Source: an uncultured Pelagibacteraceae bacterium
GTDB taxonomy: Bacteria; Pseudomonadota; Alphaproteobacteria; Pelagibacterales; Pelagibacteraceae
Direction: 5' to 3'
NCBI GenBank assembly: GCA_902626045.1
Contig: CACODU010000001.1
Span: forward strand, 705-64,704
Length of the DNA stretch: 64,000 nucleotides
This document shows, in pieces, positions 20,257-30,436 of the stretch; the first letter of the stretch is position 1, and every line of letters begins with the position of its first letter. Under the pieces are notes generated by a model. It saw nothing but the letters and a program-made list of their open reading frames with translations, searched no databases and was not told where the DNA came from. Made by a program: the position numbers and the translations under genes.

Positions 20257-21441
20257 ATGAAAAAAATTGTATTAGCCTACTCTGGTGGATTAGATACTTC
20301 AATTATTTTAAGATGGTTACAAAAAAATTATAAAGCAGAAGTAATTGCTTATACTTCAGATATTGGCCAAGAAATTAATAGAAAAAAAATTATAACTAAC
20401 GCAAAACGTCTTGGAGTAAAAAATATTATAATCGAAGATCTTAAAAATATCTTTGTAAAAGATTATGTTTTTCCAATGATAAGAGCGCATGCTGTTTACG
20501 AAGGTGTTTATTTACTTGGCACTTCAATTGCAAGACCTTTAATTGCTAAAAGACAAATAGCCATAGCAAAAAAATTTAAAGCTTATGCTGTATCACATGG
20601 AGCCACGGGAAAAGGTAATGATCAAGTTAGATTTGAACTTGGTTACGCTTTTTTTGGCGGAAAGAAAATTAAAACGATCGCGCCTTGGAGAGAATGGAAA
20701 TTACAATCTAGAGCAGACTTAATTAAATACGCAAAAAAAAATAATATTCCAATTCCTAAAGATAAAAAGGGAGCGCCCCCTTTCTCCGTTGATGATAATA
20801 TTTTTCATACCTCTACAGAAGGCAAGGTTTTAGAAGATCCTAAAAATTCTGCACCTGAATTTATTTTTCAAAGAACTGTTTCACCAGAAAAAGCTCCAAA
20901 CAAAAAAACAAAAGTTAAAATTACTTTTAAAAATAGTGATCCTATTGCAGTAAATGGAAAAAGATTAAGGCCTGATAAACTTTTAGATAAATTGAATATT
21001 CTTGCAGGTAAAAATGGCATTGGAAGAGTGGATCTTGTTGAAAATAGATTTATTGGTATTAAATCAAGAGGTGTTTACGAAACACCTGGTGGAACTTTGT
21101 TATATACAGCACATAGAGCAATTGAGTCAGTGACTTTAGATAAAAAAACAGCACACGATAAAGAAAGAGTCATGTCTAAGTATGCTGAATTAGTTTACAA
21201 TGGATATTGGTTTTCAAAGAAAAGAATTAAACTTCAAAAAATAATTGATAAAAAAAGAAATCAAGTCTCTGGCGAAATAGTTTTGAGCTTGTACAAAGGA
21301 AATATTATTATTCTTTCAAGGAAAACGAAAAACAAAGCTTATTCAATGAAAAAAGTTTCTTTTGAGGAAAATAAAACCTTTAATAAGAAGAAAGTTGAAA
21401 ATTTTATAAAATTTCATTCTAAACAGTTAAATAAAGGTTAA
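20257..21441 (+). CDS. argG: Argininosuccinate synthase
   Basis: LAYSGGLDTS, GTSIARP, HGATGKGNDQVRFE, KSRGVYETPGG. Confidence 0.97.
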   Translation: MKKIVLAYSGGLDTSIILRWLQKNYKAEVIAYTSDIGQEINRKKIITNAKRLGVKNIIIEDLKNIFVKDYVFPMIRAHAVYEGVYLLGTSIARPLIAKRQIAIAKKFKAYAVSHGATGKGNDQVRFELGYAFFGGKKIKTIAPWREWKLQSRADLIKYAKKNNIPIPKDKKGAPPFSVDDNIFHTSTEGKVLEDPKNSAPEFIFQRTVSPEKAPNKKTKVKITFKNSDPIAVNGKRLRPDKLLDKLNILAGKNGIGRVDLVENRFIGIKSRGVYETPGGTLLYTAHRAIESVTLDKKTAHDKERVMSKYAELVYNGYWFSKKRIKLQKIIDKKRNQVSGEIVLSLYKGNIIILSRKTKNKAYSMKKVSFEENKTFNKKKVENFIKFHSKQLNKG

Positions 21442-21463
21442 ATTTTTGATACAATACTTTTAA

Positions 21464-21850
21464 ATGAACAATTCGATTCGAAATATTCAACTAGTTGCTG
21501 TTGTAATTGTCCTAATCTCAACAATCATTGCTTTCTTTTTGGAGATGAGAGAAATGTACGAGAATAGAGATATTACATTAGCAGACTTGCTTTTAATGTT
21601 CATTTACATTGAAGTTATCGGATTAGTTAGATCTTATTGGGAAACAAGAGCAGTTAGAATTACTTATCCTTTAGTTATTGCAATAACTGCTTTAGCCCGA
21701 TTTATAATATTACAAGACAAAGAAAGTGACCCAACAAACTTAATTTACATATCGGTCGCAATATTAATCGTAGCTTTAGCAACTGTAATAATTAGATTTA
21801 GAAATAGTAAATACCTAAAAATTGATAAATCAAAGTCTAACGAGCTTTAA
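21464..21850 (+). CDS. psiE: Phosphate-starvation-inducible PsiE family membrane protein
   Basis: LADLLLMFIYIE, IAITALAR.II. Confidence 0.85.
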   Translation: MNNSIRNIQLVAVVIVLISTIIAFFLEMREMYENRDITLADLLLMFIYIEVIGLVRSYWETRAVRITYPLVIAITALARFIILQDKESDPTNLIYISVAILIVALATVIIRFRNSKYLKIDKSKSNEL

Positions 21851-22676
21851 AACAATCTAAGGTATTTTTTAACAAACAAGCAATAGTCATTGGTCCTACC
21901 CCGCCAGGTACCGGAGTTATAGCTTTAGATTTCTCTTTAACATTATCAAAGTCAACGTCCCCTACAATTTTATCTCCCACTTTATTTATTCCTACATCAA
22001 TAACTATTGAGTTTTTTTTTACCCAATCTTCTTTTACTAATTTAGCTACTCCAACTGCTGCAACTAGAATATCAGCCTTTAAACATTCTTGTTTTAAATC
22101 TTTGGTTTTTGAATGAACAATTGTAACTGAGCAATTTTCTTTTAAAAGTAATTGAGCCATAGGTTTACCATTTAAATTTGATCTACCAATGATAACCGCA
22201 TGTTTTCCTGATAAATTTTTTTCAACTTTTTTTATTAAATACAAGCATCCTAAAGGTGTACAAGGAACTAAAGCATTATGTCCAGATGAAAGGTTGCCAA
22301 CATTCATAGGATGAAATCCATCTACATCTTTTTTAGGACTTACAGCGTTAATTATTTTTTCCTTATTAATTTGAGGAGGCAAAGGCAATTGAACTAGTAT
22401 TCCAGAAACATTTGTATCATTATTAAGATCTTTAATCTTTTTTAAAACTTCTTCTTCTGTAACCTCTTTTGAGTATCTGACAACATTTGAATTAATTCCA
22501 ACTTCTTTGGCGCTTTTTTCTTTGTTCTTAACGTAAATCTGGCTTGGTGCAAAATCACCAATTAATATAACGGTTAATCCAGGAACTCTGTTGTTTTTAG
22601 ATTTTATCGACTCAATTTCTTTTTTAATCTCTTGTCTTAAAATTTCAGCTTCTTTTTTTCCATCAATAATCATCAT
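21837..22676 (-). CDS. folD: Bifunctional methylenetetrahydrofolate dehydrogenase/cyclohydrolase
   Basis: GILVQLPLP, KDVDGFHP, PCTP, TPVPGGVGPMT. Confidence 0.97.
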   Translation of the reverse strand: MMIIDGKKEAEILRQEIKKEIESIKSKNNRVPGLTVILIGDFAPSQIYVKNKEKSAKEVGINSNVVRYSKEVTEEEVLKKIKDLNNDTNVSGILVQLPLPPQINKEKIINAVSPKKDVDGFHPMNVGNLSSGHNALVPCTPLGCLYLIKKVEKNLSGKHAVIIGRSNLNGKPMAQLLLKENCSVTIVHSKTKDLKQECLKADILVAAVGVAKLVKEDWVKKNSIVIDVGINKVGDKIVGDVDFDNVKEKSKAITPVPGGVGPMTIACLLKNTLDCFKAR

Positions 22677-22966
22677 TAAAATAAACTTGGGGCAAACATT
22701 TCGAAAATAAAATTTCTTAAAAACATTAGTGCTAAAATTAATATTACAGGAGAAATATCTATCGAACTTAAGTTAGGCAGAAATCGTCTTATATAGTTTA
22801 AAGGTGGAGCAGTTAATCTGTAAGAAAAATCAAGAACTGCGTAAACAAACCTATTTCCAGTGTTTAAAATGTTAAAGGCAACTAGCCAACTTATAACTGC
22901 GTTGATGATTAATATCCAAATGTAAAGAGTAATTACATTATCAAAAAGTATTAAAACCGACTTCAT
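22676..22966 (-). CDS. yggT: YggT family membrane protein
   Basis: ISWLVAFNILN, LT.PPL..IRRFLP, IDISP. Confidence 0.9.
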   Translation of the reverse strand: MKSVLILFDNVITLYIWILIINAVISWLVAFNILNTGNRFVYAVLDFSYRLTAPPLNYIRRFLPNLSSIDISPVILILALMFLRNFIFEMFAPSLF

Positions 22967-24057
22967 GAATTTTTCTCCACATAAACCGATGTACTTGGGA
23001 AAGCAAATGAAGCTTTATTTTTTTCTACAATGTTTTTAATCTCTAAAGCTAAAGTATCTTTCACATTAAGCCATTCTTGAAAGTACTTTGTTTTTGTAAA
23101 ACAAATGAGTCTAATATCTATAGAGCTTGCAGCAAATTGATCTATTTTAACTGATAACAAGGTGTCTTCGGATTTAACAAAATCATCACTTTTTTTAATA
23201 TAGTCTTCAATCTCTTTCTTAATGTTTTTCAATTGTTCGCTAGTAGTTCGATATTCCAAACCAATCATCCAATTGATTCTTCTATTTGTGGTTTGGGTAT
23301 TATTAATCACTGCATTTTCAGCAAATTGAAAATTTGGAATTGTTGCAAGAGATTTATCAAATCTTCTTACTACTGTAGATCTAAAACCTATACTTTCTAC
23401 AGTTCCCTCAATAACACCTTCGACATATATCCAGTCACCAACTTGAAATCTTCTCTCTACTAAAACTAGTATGCCTGAAATTAAGTTCTTAAATAAATCT
23501 TGAGCCCCGAGTGCAACAGCTACACCGAATAAACCTAAACCAGCAATGATTGGACCTATTTTAATTCCCCAAAGCTCTAATACTGCTGCCGCTCCTAAAA
23601 TAAATATTAAAACCTTTATGGCTTTAATAATCCAATTGATTAAATCTTTTGAAAGTAGTCCTCCAACAGATTTGATAACAACTGATAAAGGTCCAATGAT
23701 TTGATGAAATGTCCAAAATATTAAAATAGTTATTAAGGATCGATTAATAGTTTCTAAAAATTCAGCAGCTTGTGTTTCAACAGTTAAATAACTTGTAGAA
23801 ACAAAAAATCCTAAAACCACTGGAAAGAACTTTGCTGGTCCCTCCATTGAAAAAACAAGAGAGTTATCAAAATTATTTGTAGATTTTGATACGTAATTTT
23901 CTAATCTTTTAACTACAAACTTAGAGAAAACACCCCTTAAAAATAAAAAAAATAAAAAAATTAGTAATGCAATTATTATCTCTGAAATATTAATTCCGGA
24001 TATACCTTTATTCCACACATCAAAAAACAAATTTTTAAAATTTTGTAGTACTTCCAT
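22963..24057 (-). CDS. mscS: Small-conductance mechanosensitive channel family protein
   Basis: AGLGLFGVAVALGAQD, F.VGDWI, IGFRST, IPN, FAFPS. Confidence 0.92.
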   Translation of the reverse strand: MEVLQNFKNLFFDVWNKGISGINISEIIIALLIFLFFLFLRGVFSKFVVKRLENYVSKSTNNFDNSLVFSMEGPAKFFPVVLGFFVSTSYLTVETQAAEFLETINRSLITILIFWTFHQIIGPLSVVIKSVGGLLSKDLINWIIKAIKVLIFILGAAAVLELWGIKIGPIIAGLGLFGVAVALGAQDLFKNLISGILVLVERRFQVGDWIYVEGVIEGTVESIGFRSTVVRRFDKSLATIPNFQFAENAVINNTQTTNRRINWMIGLEYRTTSEQLKNIKKEIEDYIKKSDDFVKSEDTLLSVKIDQFAASSIDIRLICFTKTKYFQEWLNVKDTLALEIKNIVEKNKASFAFPSTSVYVEKNS

Positions 24058-24061
24058 ATGT

Positions 24062-24760
24062 TTAAACTTTCAATTTTTCTAACTCTTCTCCTGGTTGGAA
24101 AACTTCCAATTTTTTCCATCCCAAGTTTTTAAATACACCTAAAACTTTTTCACTTATACATAATACTCTAGACTCTGTCATCAACCCATTAAGAGAGTAT
24201 TTTTTTACTATTTCAATAAAGCTCTCAGCGCTTCTTTTAGAGTAAATAAAAATTATGTTAGGGGGATGGTTTTTAATAATTTTGTTATTTTCCTCATTTA
24301 GGTCTGTGATTTTTTCAGAAGTGTAGTTGATAATCTTATCAATCTGAAAACCTTCATTTCTAAGTTCAATGTCGAGATTGGAAGAAATGTAGTCTCCACA
24401 AAAATAAGCAATAGATTTTTTTTTATCAATTTGATCTGAATTTAAAATAATATTTTTTAAAGCGTTTACAGTTCCGCCCGCAGAAATTGTGTTATTGTAC
24501 CCTTTTTGCCTTACAATTTTTTCAGTAATGGAACCCACACAAAAACATATTTTACTATTATCAAGATTGTTCAACTTTAAATTTCTAATGGCGTTTGCAC
24601 TTGTAAAAATAAACGCATCATATTTTTTTGCATCAACTGGACTAGCATTAGCTGCTGATATCTTTAAAGTTGGGATATGAACAATCTTATGTCCAAGAGA
24701 AAAAAGCTTTCCCATTAAATCTTCTGAGTCTATTAAAGGTCTAGTAATTAAAATATTCAT
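24062..24760 (-). CDS. hemD: Uroporphyrinogen-III synthase
   Basis: ILITRP, FTSANA, CVG..T, YS.RSA; directly after hemC. Confidence 0.9.
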   Translation of the reverse strand: MNILITRPLIDSEDLMGKLFSLGHKIVHIPTLKISAANASPVDAKKYDAFIFTSANAIRNLKLNNLDNSKICFCVGSITEKIVRQKGYNNTISAGGTVNALKNIILNSDQIDKKKSIAYFCGDYISSNLDIELRNEGFQIDKIINYTSEKITDLNEENNKIIKNHPPNIIFIYSKRSAESFIEIVKKYSLNGLMTESRVLCISEKVLGVFKNLGWKKLEVFQPGEELEKLKV

Positions 24761-25677
24761 TTTTTTTTAAATTCTGATCCTGCGAGTTTTAATAATTCTT
24801 CCCCTACTGATTTTCCAATATTTACTGCCTCACTAGTTTTGCCCATCATCTCACACTCATAACTTTTCAATCCTGAATCTGAAAATAATTGAGCTGTCAA
24901 TTTAAGATTATTGCTTTCTATTATTGCTAAACCACCGACAGCTGTTTCGCAATCACCTTCAATTGCTTGCAGCATCGCACGTTCAGATTTTGCACACGCT
25001 TCAGTTTCTGTATCGTTAATATTTCTCAAAAGTTTTTTGATTACATCATCGTTTTTGTTACATTGAACAGCTATTATACCTTGTCCCACTGCAGGCAAAA
25101 CTTCTTCGGTTTTAAAGGACAAGCCTATTTTATTGGTTAAATTTAAACTTTTAACTCCTGCTGCGGCCAAGATTATTCCATCTAATTTACCTTCTTCGAG
25201 TTTTTTAATTCTAGTGTCAATATTTCCTCTCATACTTGTTACTGAAATATTTTTATTAATTTTTTTAAGTTGTAACTCTCTTCTTCTAGAACTTGAGCCA
25301 ATAACTATCTTACCTTTTAAATCTTCTAAGCTTTTAATTTTATTGCTTATGATTACATCTCTATAATCATTTCTCTTTAAAAATGCGCCAATGACTAGGT
25401 TGCTGTCTTCTACGGACTCCATATCTTTTAAGGAGTGAACAGCAATATTAATTTCTTTCTGCAAGAGTTTCTCTTCAATTTCTTTACAGAATAGATTTTT
25501 GCCACCTATTTTAGACAATTTTTCATTTTGATTGATATCACCAGAAGTTTTAATGGCTTTAAAATCTATATTTTCTTCTCTCAGATCATTATTTTTTTGA
25601 ATTAAAAGCTCTTTCACTTTTTCAACATAAGCAAGTGAAAGCTTGCTTCCTCTGGCGCCGATTGTAATTTTAGTCAT
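24757..25677 (-). CDS. hemC: Hydroxymethylbilane synthase
   Basis: RGSKL, GGKNLF.KE, AVHSLKDM, GSSS.RR, RGNIDTR, LPAVGQG. Confidence 0.96.
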   Translation of the reverse strand: MTKITIGARGSKLSLAYVEKVKELLIQKNNDLREENIDFKAIKTSGDINQNEKLSKIGGKNLFCKEIEEKLLQKEINIAVHSLKDMESVEDSNLVIGAFLKRNDYRDVIISNKIKSLEDLKGKIVIGSSSRRRELQLKKINKNISVTSMRGNIDTRIKKLEEGKLDGIILAAAGVKSLNLTNKIGLSFKTEEVLPAVGQGIIAVQCNKNDDVIKKLLRNINDTETEACAKSERAMLQAIEGDCETAVGGLAIIESNNLKLTAQLFSDSGLKSYECEMMGKTSEAVNIGKSVGEELLKLAGSEFKKK

Positions 25678-25734
25678 AAATTGATTATATATTTGAAAGA
25701 TCTAAATTATACTATTTAAATTATTGAAGATATA

Positions 25735-26811
25735 ATGGCAAAAAAAATAACTTTTCTTGGTATTGAAACTAGTTGCGATGAAACAGCCGCTGCTGTCATA
25801 AGAGAAAATAACAAAGGAACTGCGGATATTCTATCTAATATAGTTTCAAGTCAGATCGAAGAACATAAAAAATTTGGTGGCGTTGTACCTGAATTAGCGG
25901 CAAGAGCTCATTTAGAAAATATTGAATACATAATTAATATAGCTTTAAAAGAGAGTAAAATTTCTATTGATGAAGTGGATGGGATTGCAGCAACTGCTGG
26001 ACCTGGTTTAATAGTTTGTTTAACTGTTGGTTTAAATATTGGAAAATCGATCGCTGCGTTTTCTAATAAACCTTTTATTGGAGTTAATCATTTGGAAGGA
26101 CATGCATTAAGTCCTGGCTTAGAAAAAAAAATTAAATTTCCTTATTTATTATTATTAATTTCAGGGGGTCATACTCAATTTTTAATAGTTAAAGATGTCA
26201 ATGAATACGAACAATTAGGAACAACAATCGACGATGCTTTGGGTGAAGCATTTGATAAAACTGCAAAAATGTTAGACCTGGGTTATCCAGGTGGGCCAAG
26301 TGTTGAGAAATTTGCAAAATTAGGAGATAAAAACTTTTTTAAACTTCCTGAACCAATAATAAATAAAGCAGGTTGTAACTTATCTTTTGCTGGTCTTAAA
26401 ACAGCAGTACTTAGGGAGTCAAAAAAAATAAATGGAGAAGAAAAGTTAAAATATAATTTAGCAGCCTCTTTTCAAAATACAATTAATAAAATTCTTTATA
26501 AAAAAACTAAAGTAGCTGTTGAAATGTTTAGGAAAAGAACAAAAAAAGAAAATTTTCAATTTATTGTGGCAGGAGGAGTTGCTGCTAATAAAACTATAAG
26601 AGATAACTTATCGACATTATCAAATGAAATGAGCTTTGAAACTATTTATCCAAATTTAAAATTTTGTGGTGATAACGCTGCTATGATTGCTTGGGCCGGT
26701 ATACAAAGATTTAAAAAAAATATGATTGATAATGTAAACATACCGGCTAAGTCAAGATGGCCTCTCGATAAAAATGCTCCTTACATGAAAGGACCCGGGT
26801 TAAAATTATAA
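25735..26811 (+). CDS. tsaD: tRNA N6-threonylcarbamoyladenosine (t6A) transferase TsaD
   Basis: GIETSCDET, GGVVPELAARAH, NHLEGH, SGGHT, DDALGEAFDK, DNAAMI. Confidence 0.97.
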   Translation: MAKKITFLGIETSCDETAAAVIRENNKGTADILSNIVSSQIEEHKKFGGVVPELAARAHLENIEYIINIALKESKISIDEVDGIAATAGPGLIVCLTVGLNIGKSIAAFSNKPFIGVNHLEGHALSPGLEKKIKFPYLLLLISGGHTQFLIVKDVNEYEQLGTTIDDALGEAFDKTAKMLDLGYPGGPSVEKFAKLGDKNFFKLPEPIINKAGCNLSFAGLKTAVLRESKKINGEEKLKYNLAASFQNTINKILYKKTKVAVEMFRKRTKKENFQFIVAGGVAANKTIRDNLSTLSNEMSFETIYPNLKFCGDNAAMIAWAGIQRFKKNMIDNVNIPAKSRWPLDKNAPYMKGPGLKL

Positions 26812-27245
26812 TGCAATATTGGTTAATGAAATCTGAACCAGACGTATGGTCAATTGAACAACAAAAGAAAGCTGGAAAAAAAGGAGTAGCCTGGGATGGT
26901 GTAAGAAATTATCAAGCTGCTAACAATCTAAAAGCAATGAAAGCGGGTGATCTCTGTTTTTTTTATCATTCGAATATTGGAAAAGAAATTGTTGGTATAG
27001 TGAAGGTAATTAAAGAGGCATTTATTGACAAAACTGATAAAACAAAAAGATTTGTAGCTGTCCAGGTTAGGTTCGAAGAACATCTTAAATACCCTGTATC
27101 TCTTGAAAAAATTAAAAAAACAAAGACTATTTCCCATTTACCACTTATCAAACAGAGTAGATTATCAGTTATGCCAATTGATTTTAAAAGCTGGAAAATT
27201 ATTTATAAGATGGGTAAAATAAATCCTTATTGGGAGAAATTGTGA
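26811..27245 (+). CDS. EVE domain protein (PUA-like)
   Basis: [28 protein letters not shown]. Confidence 0.94.
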   Translation: MQYWLMKSEPDVWSIEQQKKAGKKGVAWDGVRNYQAANNLKAMKAGDLCFFYHSNIGKEIVGIVKVIKEAFIDKTDKTKRFVAVQVRFEEHLKYPVSLEKIKKTKTISHLPLIKQSRLSVMPIDFKSWKIIYKMGKINPYWEKL

Positions 27246-29401
27246 CTAAAAGAAAAAAAAAGAAAAAAAAATCAAAAAAGACTAAAAAGACTAAAAGAAA
27301 GAAGTCTAAGAAAATTATTAGATTAAAAAAAAAGAAGTCTAGAAAAGCGAAAAAAAGAAAAAGACCGAAATCAAAAAAAAGAAAAAAATCAAAATCAAGA
27401 TCAAGAAAATCAAAACCAAGAAAATTCAATTTTAAAGCACCCAAGCTACTTGAAGATGGCGATGGTAAGTCTTTAATTAAAGTTTCAGATAGTTGGGCAA
27501 ATCATGCTTATGTCAACGAGTCTAAATATAAAAAGAAATATAAACTTTCAATAAAAGAGAATGACAAATTTTGGGCCAAAGAAGGAAAAAGAATTACTTG
27601 GATTAAAAAGTATTCGAAAATTAAAGATGTTAAATACAGTAAAGAGGAAGTGAAGATTAAATGGTTCTATGACGGTACGTTGAATGCTTCAGCTAATTGT
27701 ATTGATAGACATCTTAAAAAAAATCCAAGTAAAACCGCTATTATATGGGTAGGTGATGATCCAGCTGACTCTAAAAAAATTTCTTATAGAGAATTACATC
27801 AAAATGTAAGCAAAGCAGCTAATGGTCTTAAAAGTTTAGGCGTCCAAAAAGGAGACCGAGTAACGATTTACTTAACTATGATACCAGAGCTAGCTTACAT
27901 TATGCTCGCTTGTGCAAGAATAGGCGCTGTGCACTCAATTATTTTTGGTGGATTTTCTCCTGATTCAATTGCAACAAGAATAACAGATTGTGAGTCTGAA
28001 TATTTAATTACTGCAGATGAAGGAGTTAGAGGAGGAAAAATTATTCCTCTTAAAAAAATTGCAGATGAGGCTTTAGATCAATGTCCCAATGTAAAGAAGT
28101 GTGTGGTAGTTGAGAGAACAGGTAATCAAGTTAATTGGAATGAAGAAAGAGATGTTTCTTATAAAAAACTAATTTCTTCTGTTCCTACTAAATGTGATCC
28201 TGAGGAAATGAGTGCAGAAGATCCCTTATTTATACTTTATACATCTGGATCGACAGGAAAACCCAAAGGAGTTTTACATACTACAGGAGGATATATGGTT
28301 TACGCCTCAATGACTCATCAATATATTTTTGATTATAAACCAAATGATATTTATTGGTGTACCGCAGATATTGGTTGGGTGACAGGTCACAGTTATATTA
28401 TTTATGGTCCATTAGCTAATGGTGCAACTACAATTATGTTTGAAGGTGTTCCAAATTATCCTGATAATTCAAGATGGTGGCAAATAGTAGATAAATATAA
28501 AGTTAATACTTTTTACACTGCTCCTACCGCTATTAGAGCCTTAATGAGAGAGGGAGACGGTCCTGTTAAAAAAACAAGCAGAAAATCTTTAAAACTATTA
28601 GGCACTGTTGGTGAACCTATAAATCCTGAAGCTTGGATGTGGTATTACAAAACAGTAGGGGACTCAAGATGTCCAATAGTTGATACTTGGTGGCAAACTG
28701 AAACGGGGGGAATATTAATTGCTCCTCAGCCTGGCGCTATAGATTTAAAACCTGGTTCAGCAACAAAACCATTTTATGGAATTAAACCAGTAATAGTTGA
28801 TAAAGATGGAAAAATTATTAAAGGCGAGGGACAAGGAAGGCTATGTATGGCTAGTTCTTGGCCTGGACAAATGAGGACTGTGTATGGCGATCATCAAAGA
28901 TTTATAGATACTTATTTTTCTCAATTTGATGGAAAGTATTTTACTGGCGATGGTTGTCGAAGAGACAAAGATGGTTACTACTGGATTACAGGTAGAGTAG
29001 ATGATGTAATTATAGTTTCAGGACATAATTTAGGCACAGCTGAAATCGAGAGTGCTTTTGTAGCTCATCCCAAAGTTGCGGAGGCAGCAGTTGTCGGTTT
29101 TCCACATAGCATCAAAGGAAATGGTTTATATTGTTATGTAACATTGAATGCAGGGGAAAACCCTACAGGTGATTTAGAAAGAGATTTGAAACAATGGGTG
29201 AGAAAACAAATTGGTCCCATTTGTTATCCGGACATTATTCAATTCGCCCCTGGATTGCCAAAAACCAGATCTGGGAAAATTATGAGAAGAATTTTAAGAA
29301 AAATTGCAGCTAATGAACCTGATAATCTAGGCGATACTACAACGTTAGCAGATCCAAGTGTAGTAACATCGTTAGTTGAAAATAGGCTAAACAGAGATTA
29401 A
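27242..29401 (+). CDS. acs: Acetyl-CoA synthetase with Lys/Arg-rich N-terminal extension (probable GTG start 27242; ORF track starts 27230)
   Basis: [45 protein letters not shown]; GGAG SD then GTG overlapping the EVE stop (GTGA). Confidence 0.95.
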   Translation: MTKRKKKKKKSKKTKKTKRKKSKKIIRLKKKKSRKAKKRKRPKSKKRKKSKSRSRKSKPRKFNFKAPKLLEDGDGKSLIKVSDSWANHAYVNESKYKKKYKLSIKENDKFWAKEGKRITWIKKYSKIKDVKYSKEEVKIKWFYDGTLNASANCIDRHLKKNPSKTAIIWVGDDPADSKKISYRELHQNVSKAANGLKSLGVQKGDRVTIYLTMIPELAYIMLACARIGAVHSIIFGGFSPDSIATRITDCESEYLITADEGVRGGKIIPLKKIADEALDQCPNVKKCVVVERTGNQVNWNEERDVSYKKLISSVPTKCDPEEMSAEDPLFILYTSGSTGKPKGVLHTTGGYMVYASMTHQYIFDYKPNDIYWCTADIGWVTGHSYIIYGPLANGATTIMFEGVPNYPDNSRWWQIVDKYKVNTFYTAPTAIRALMREGDGPVKKTSRKSLKLLGTVGEPINPEAWMWYYKTVGDSRCPIVDTWWQTETGGILIAPQPGAIDLKPGSATKPFYGIKPVIVDKDGKIIKGEGQGRLCMASSWPGQMRTVYGDHQRFIDTYFSQFDGKYFTGDGCRRDKDGYYWITGRVDDVIIVSGHNLGTAEIESAFVAHPKVAEAAVVGFPHSIKGNGLYCYVTLNAGENPTGDLERDLKQWVRKQIGPICYPDIIQFAPGLPKTRSGKIMRRILRKIAANEPDNLGDTTTLADPSVVTSLVENRLNRD

Positions 29402-30024
29402 AAATTTAAATTTTTTGTCAACTTTTTAAATTCATCTATCTTTAAATTCCACTTCAATCTCATTGAATTTAAAACTATTTCTTTGTCTAGTATTTTTAAT
29501 TCGTCTGCAATTGGCGCCCAATCATAAAGTGCTAAACAACTTTCTTTAAATGGATTATCTAAGTAATGTTTGTTAAAATCTATTTTTTCGTAGCGATTTA
29601 AAAAATTTTGTTTTGCTTTTTGATAAATGTCATCGGATAAACCATTGGCCTTTTCTTTTTCTATAATTTCTAAGTAAATATTTTTACAATCATTCTCTTT
29701 AAGATTTTTTTCACTTATTAAATAAGAAAAAGTATAAAAAGTGCAATCAGCAATAGCGATCATATATATATTCCATTTTGCAATATTAATTGATTTCGAA
29801 AAGACCTCATCTTCAACCATCGCTGTATATTTAACTCCAATTCTAGTCTTAAGATAACCATACAAAGTTGTTTGCGTAACATGAGCTGATCTTTGTTGAA
29901 TAAATTTTTGTAAATCGGCTTTTGTTTTGATGCTTTTAAAGTAGCTAGTAACTTTCTCAACGGGGAATAAGTATTCACCCATCGTTTTTAGAGTAATTCT
30001 AAGTTTTTCTAGATTCAATTTCAC
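29398..30024 (-). CDS. Hypothetical protein
   Basis: 208-aa ORF filling the acs-DUF4212 gap, genome-typical composition, no motif recognised. Confidence 0.75.
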   Translation of the reverse strand: MKLNLEKLRITLKTMGEYLFPVEKVTSYFKSIKTKADLQKFIQQRSAHVTQTTLYGYLKTRIGVKYTAMVEDEVFSKSINIAKWNIYMIAIADCTFYTFSYLISEKNLKENDCKNIYLEIIEKEKANGLSDDIYQKAKQNFLNRYEKIDFNKHYLDNPFKESCLALYDWAPIADELKILDKEIVLNSMRLKWNLKIDEFKKLTKNLNF

Positions 30025-30139
30025 GTTGTATTTTAAAAACCCTTATTTTACTTAACTTATAGCATTTCAAATTGGTTTTAGGGTCCTTTTTTCTCTTTAA
30101 ATTAAACTCATAATGGGTAAGGTTCCATCAACTAATAAT

Positions 30140-30157
30140 ACTTTTTACGTAAAAAGT
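30140..30157. promoter_or_regulatory. Perfect 18-bp palindrome, candidate operator or 5'-UTR hairpin
   Basis: ACTTTTTACGTAAAAAGT, 21 nt upstream of the DUF4212 ATG. Confidence 0.45.
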
Positions 30158-30178
30158 TAAAAATAAATAGGGGGAAAT

Positions 30179-30436
30179 ATGTCAAATAAAGACGCATATT
30201 GGAATAAGACCAAAAACCATATGATAGTTACATTGGTTCTTTGGGCTTTCTTCTCATTAGTGATCTTCATGTTTGGTTCAGAACTGAACACGATGTCTTT
30301 TCTTGGCTATCCACTAGCATATTACATGACTGCGCAAGGCTCACTTCTTGCCTTTGTGATAATATTGTTTTGGACTGCAAATAAACAAGAAAAAATCGAC
30401 GAAGAACATGGTTTCTCAGAAAGAGAGGATGACTAA
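30179..30436 (+). CDS. DUF4212 family small subunit of sodium:solute symporter
   Basis: YW, LN...FLGYPLAYYM.AQGS, 2 TM; coupled (TAATG) to the symporter. Confidence 0.88.
   Translation: MSNKDAYWNKTKNHMIVTLVLWAFFSLVIFMFGSELNTMSFLGYPLAYYMTAQGSLLAFVIILFWTANKQEKIDEEHGFSEREDD

Noticed and set aside
20257-21441. Lys-rich ArgG and CoaE sequences
   Set aside because: Dispersed Lys enrichment reflects AT bias, unlike the discrete acid-free acs tail
27199-27444. 81-aa Phe-rich minus-strand ORF
   Set aside because: It is the antisense shadow of the poly-Lys acs tail (AAA read as TTT); no independent support
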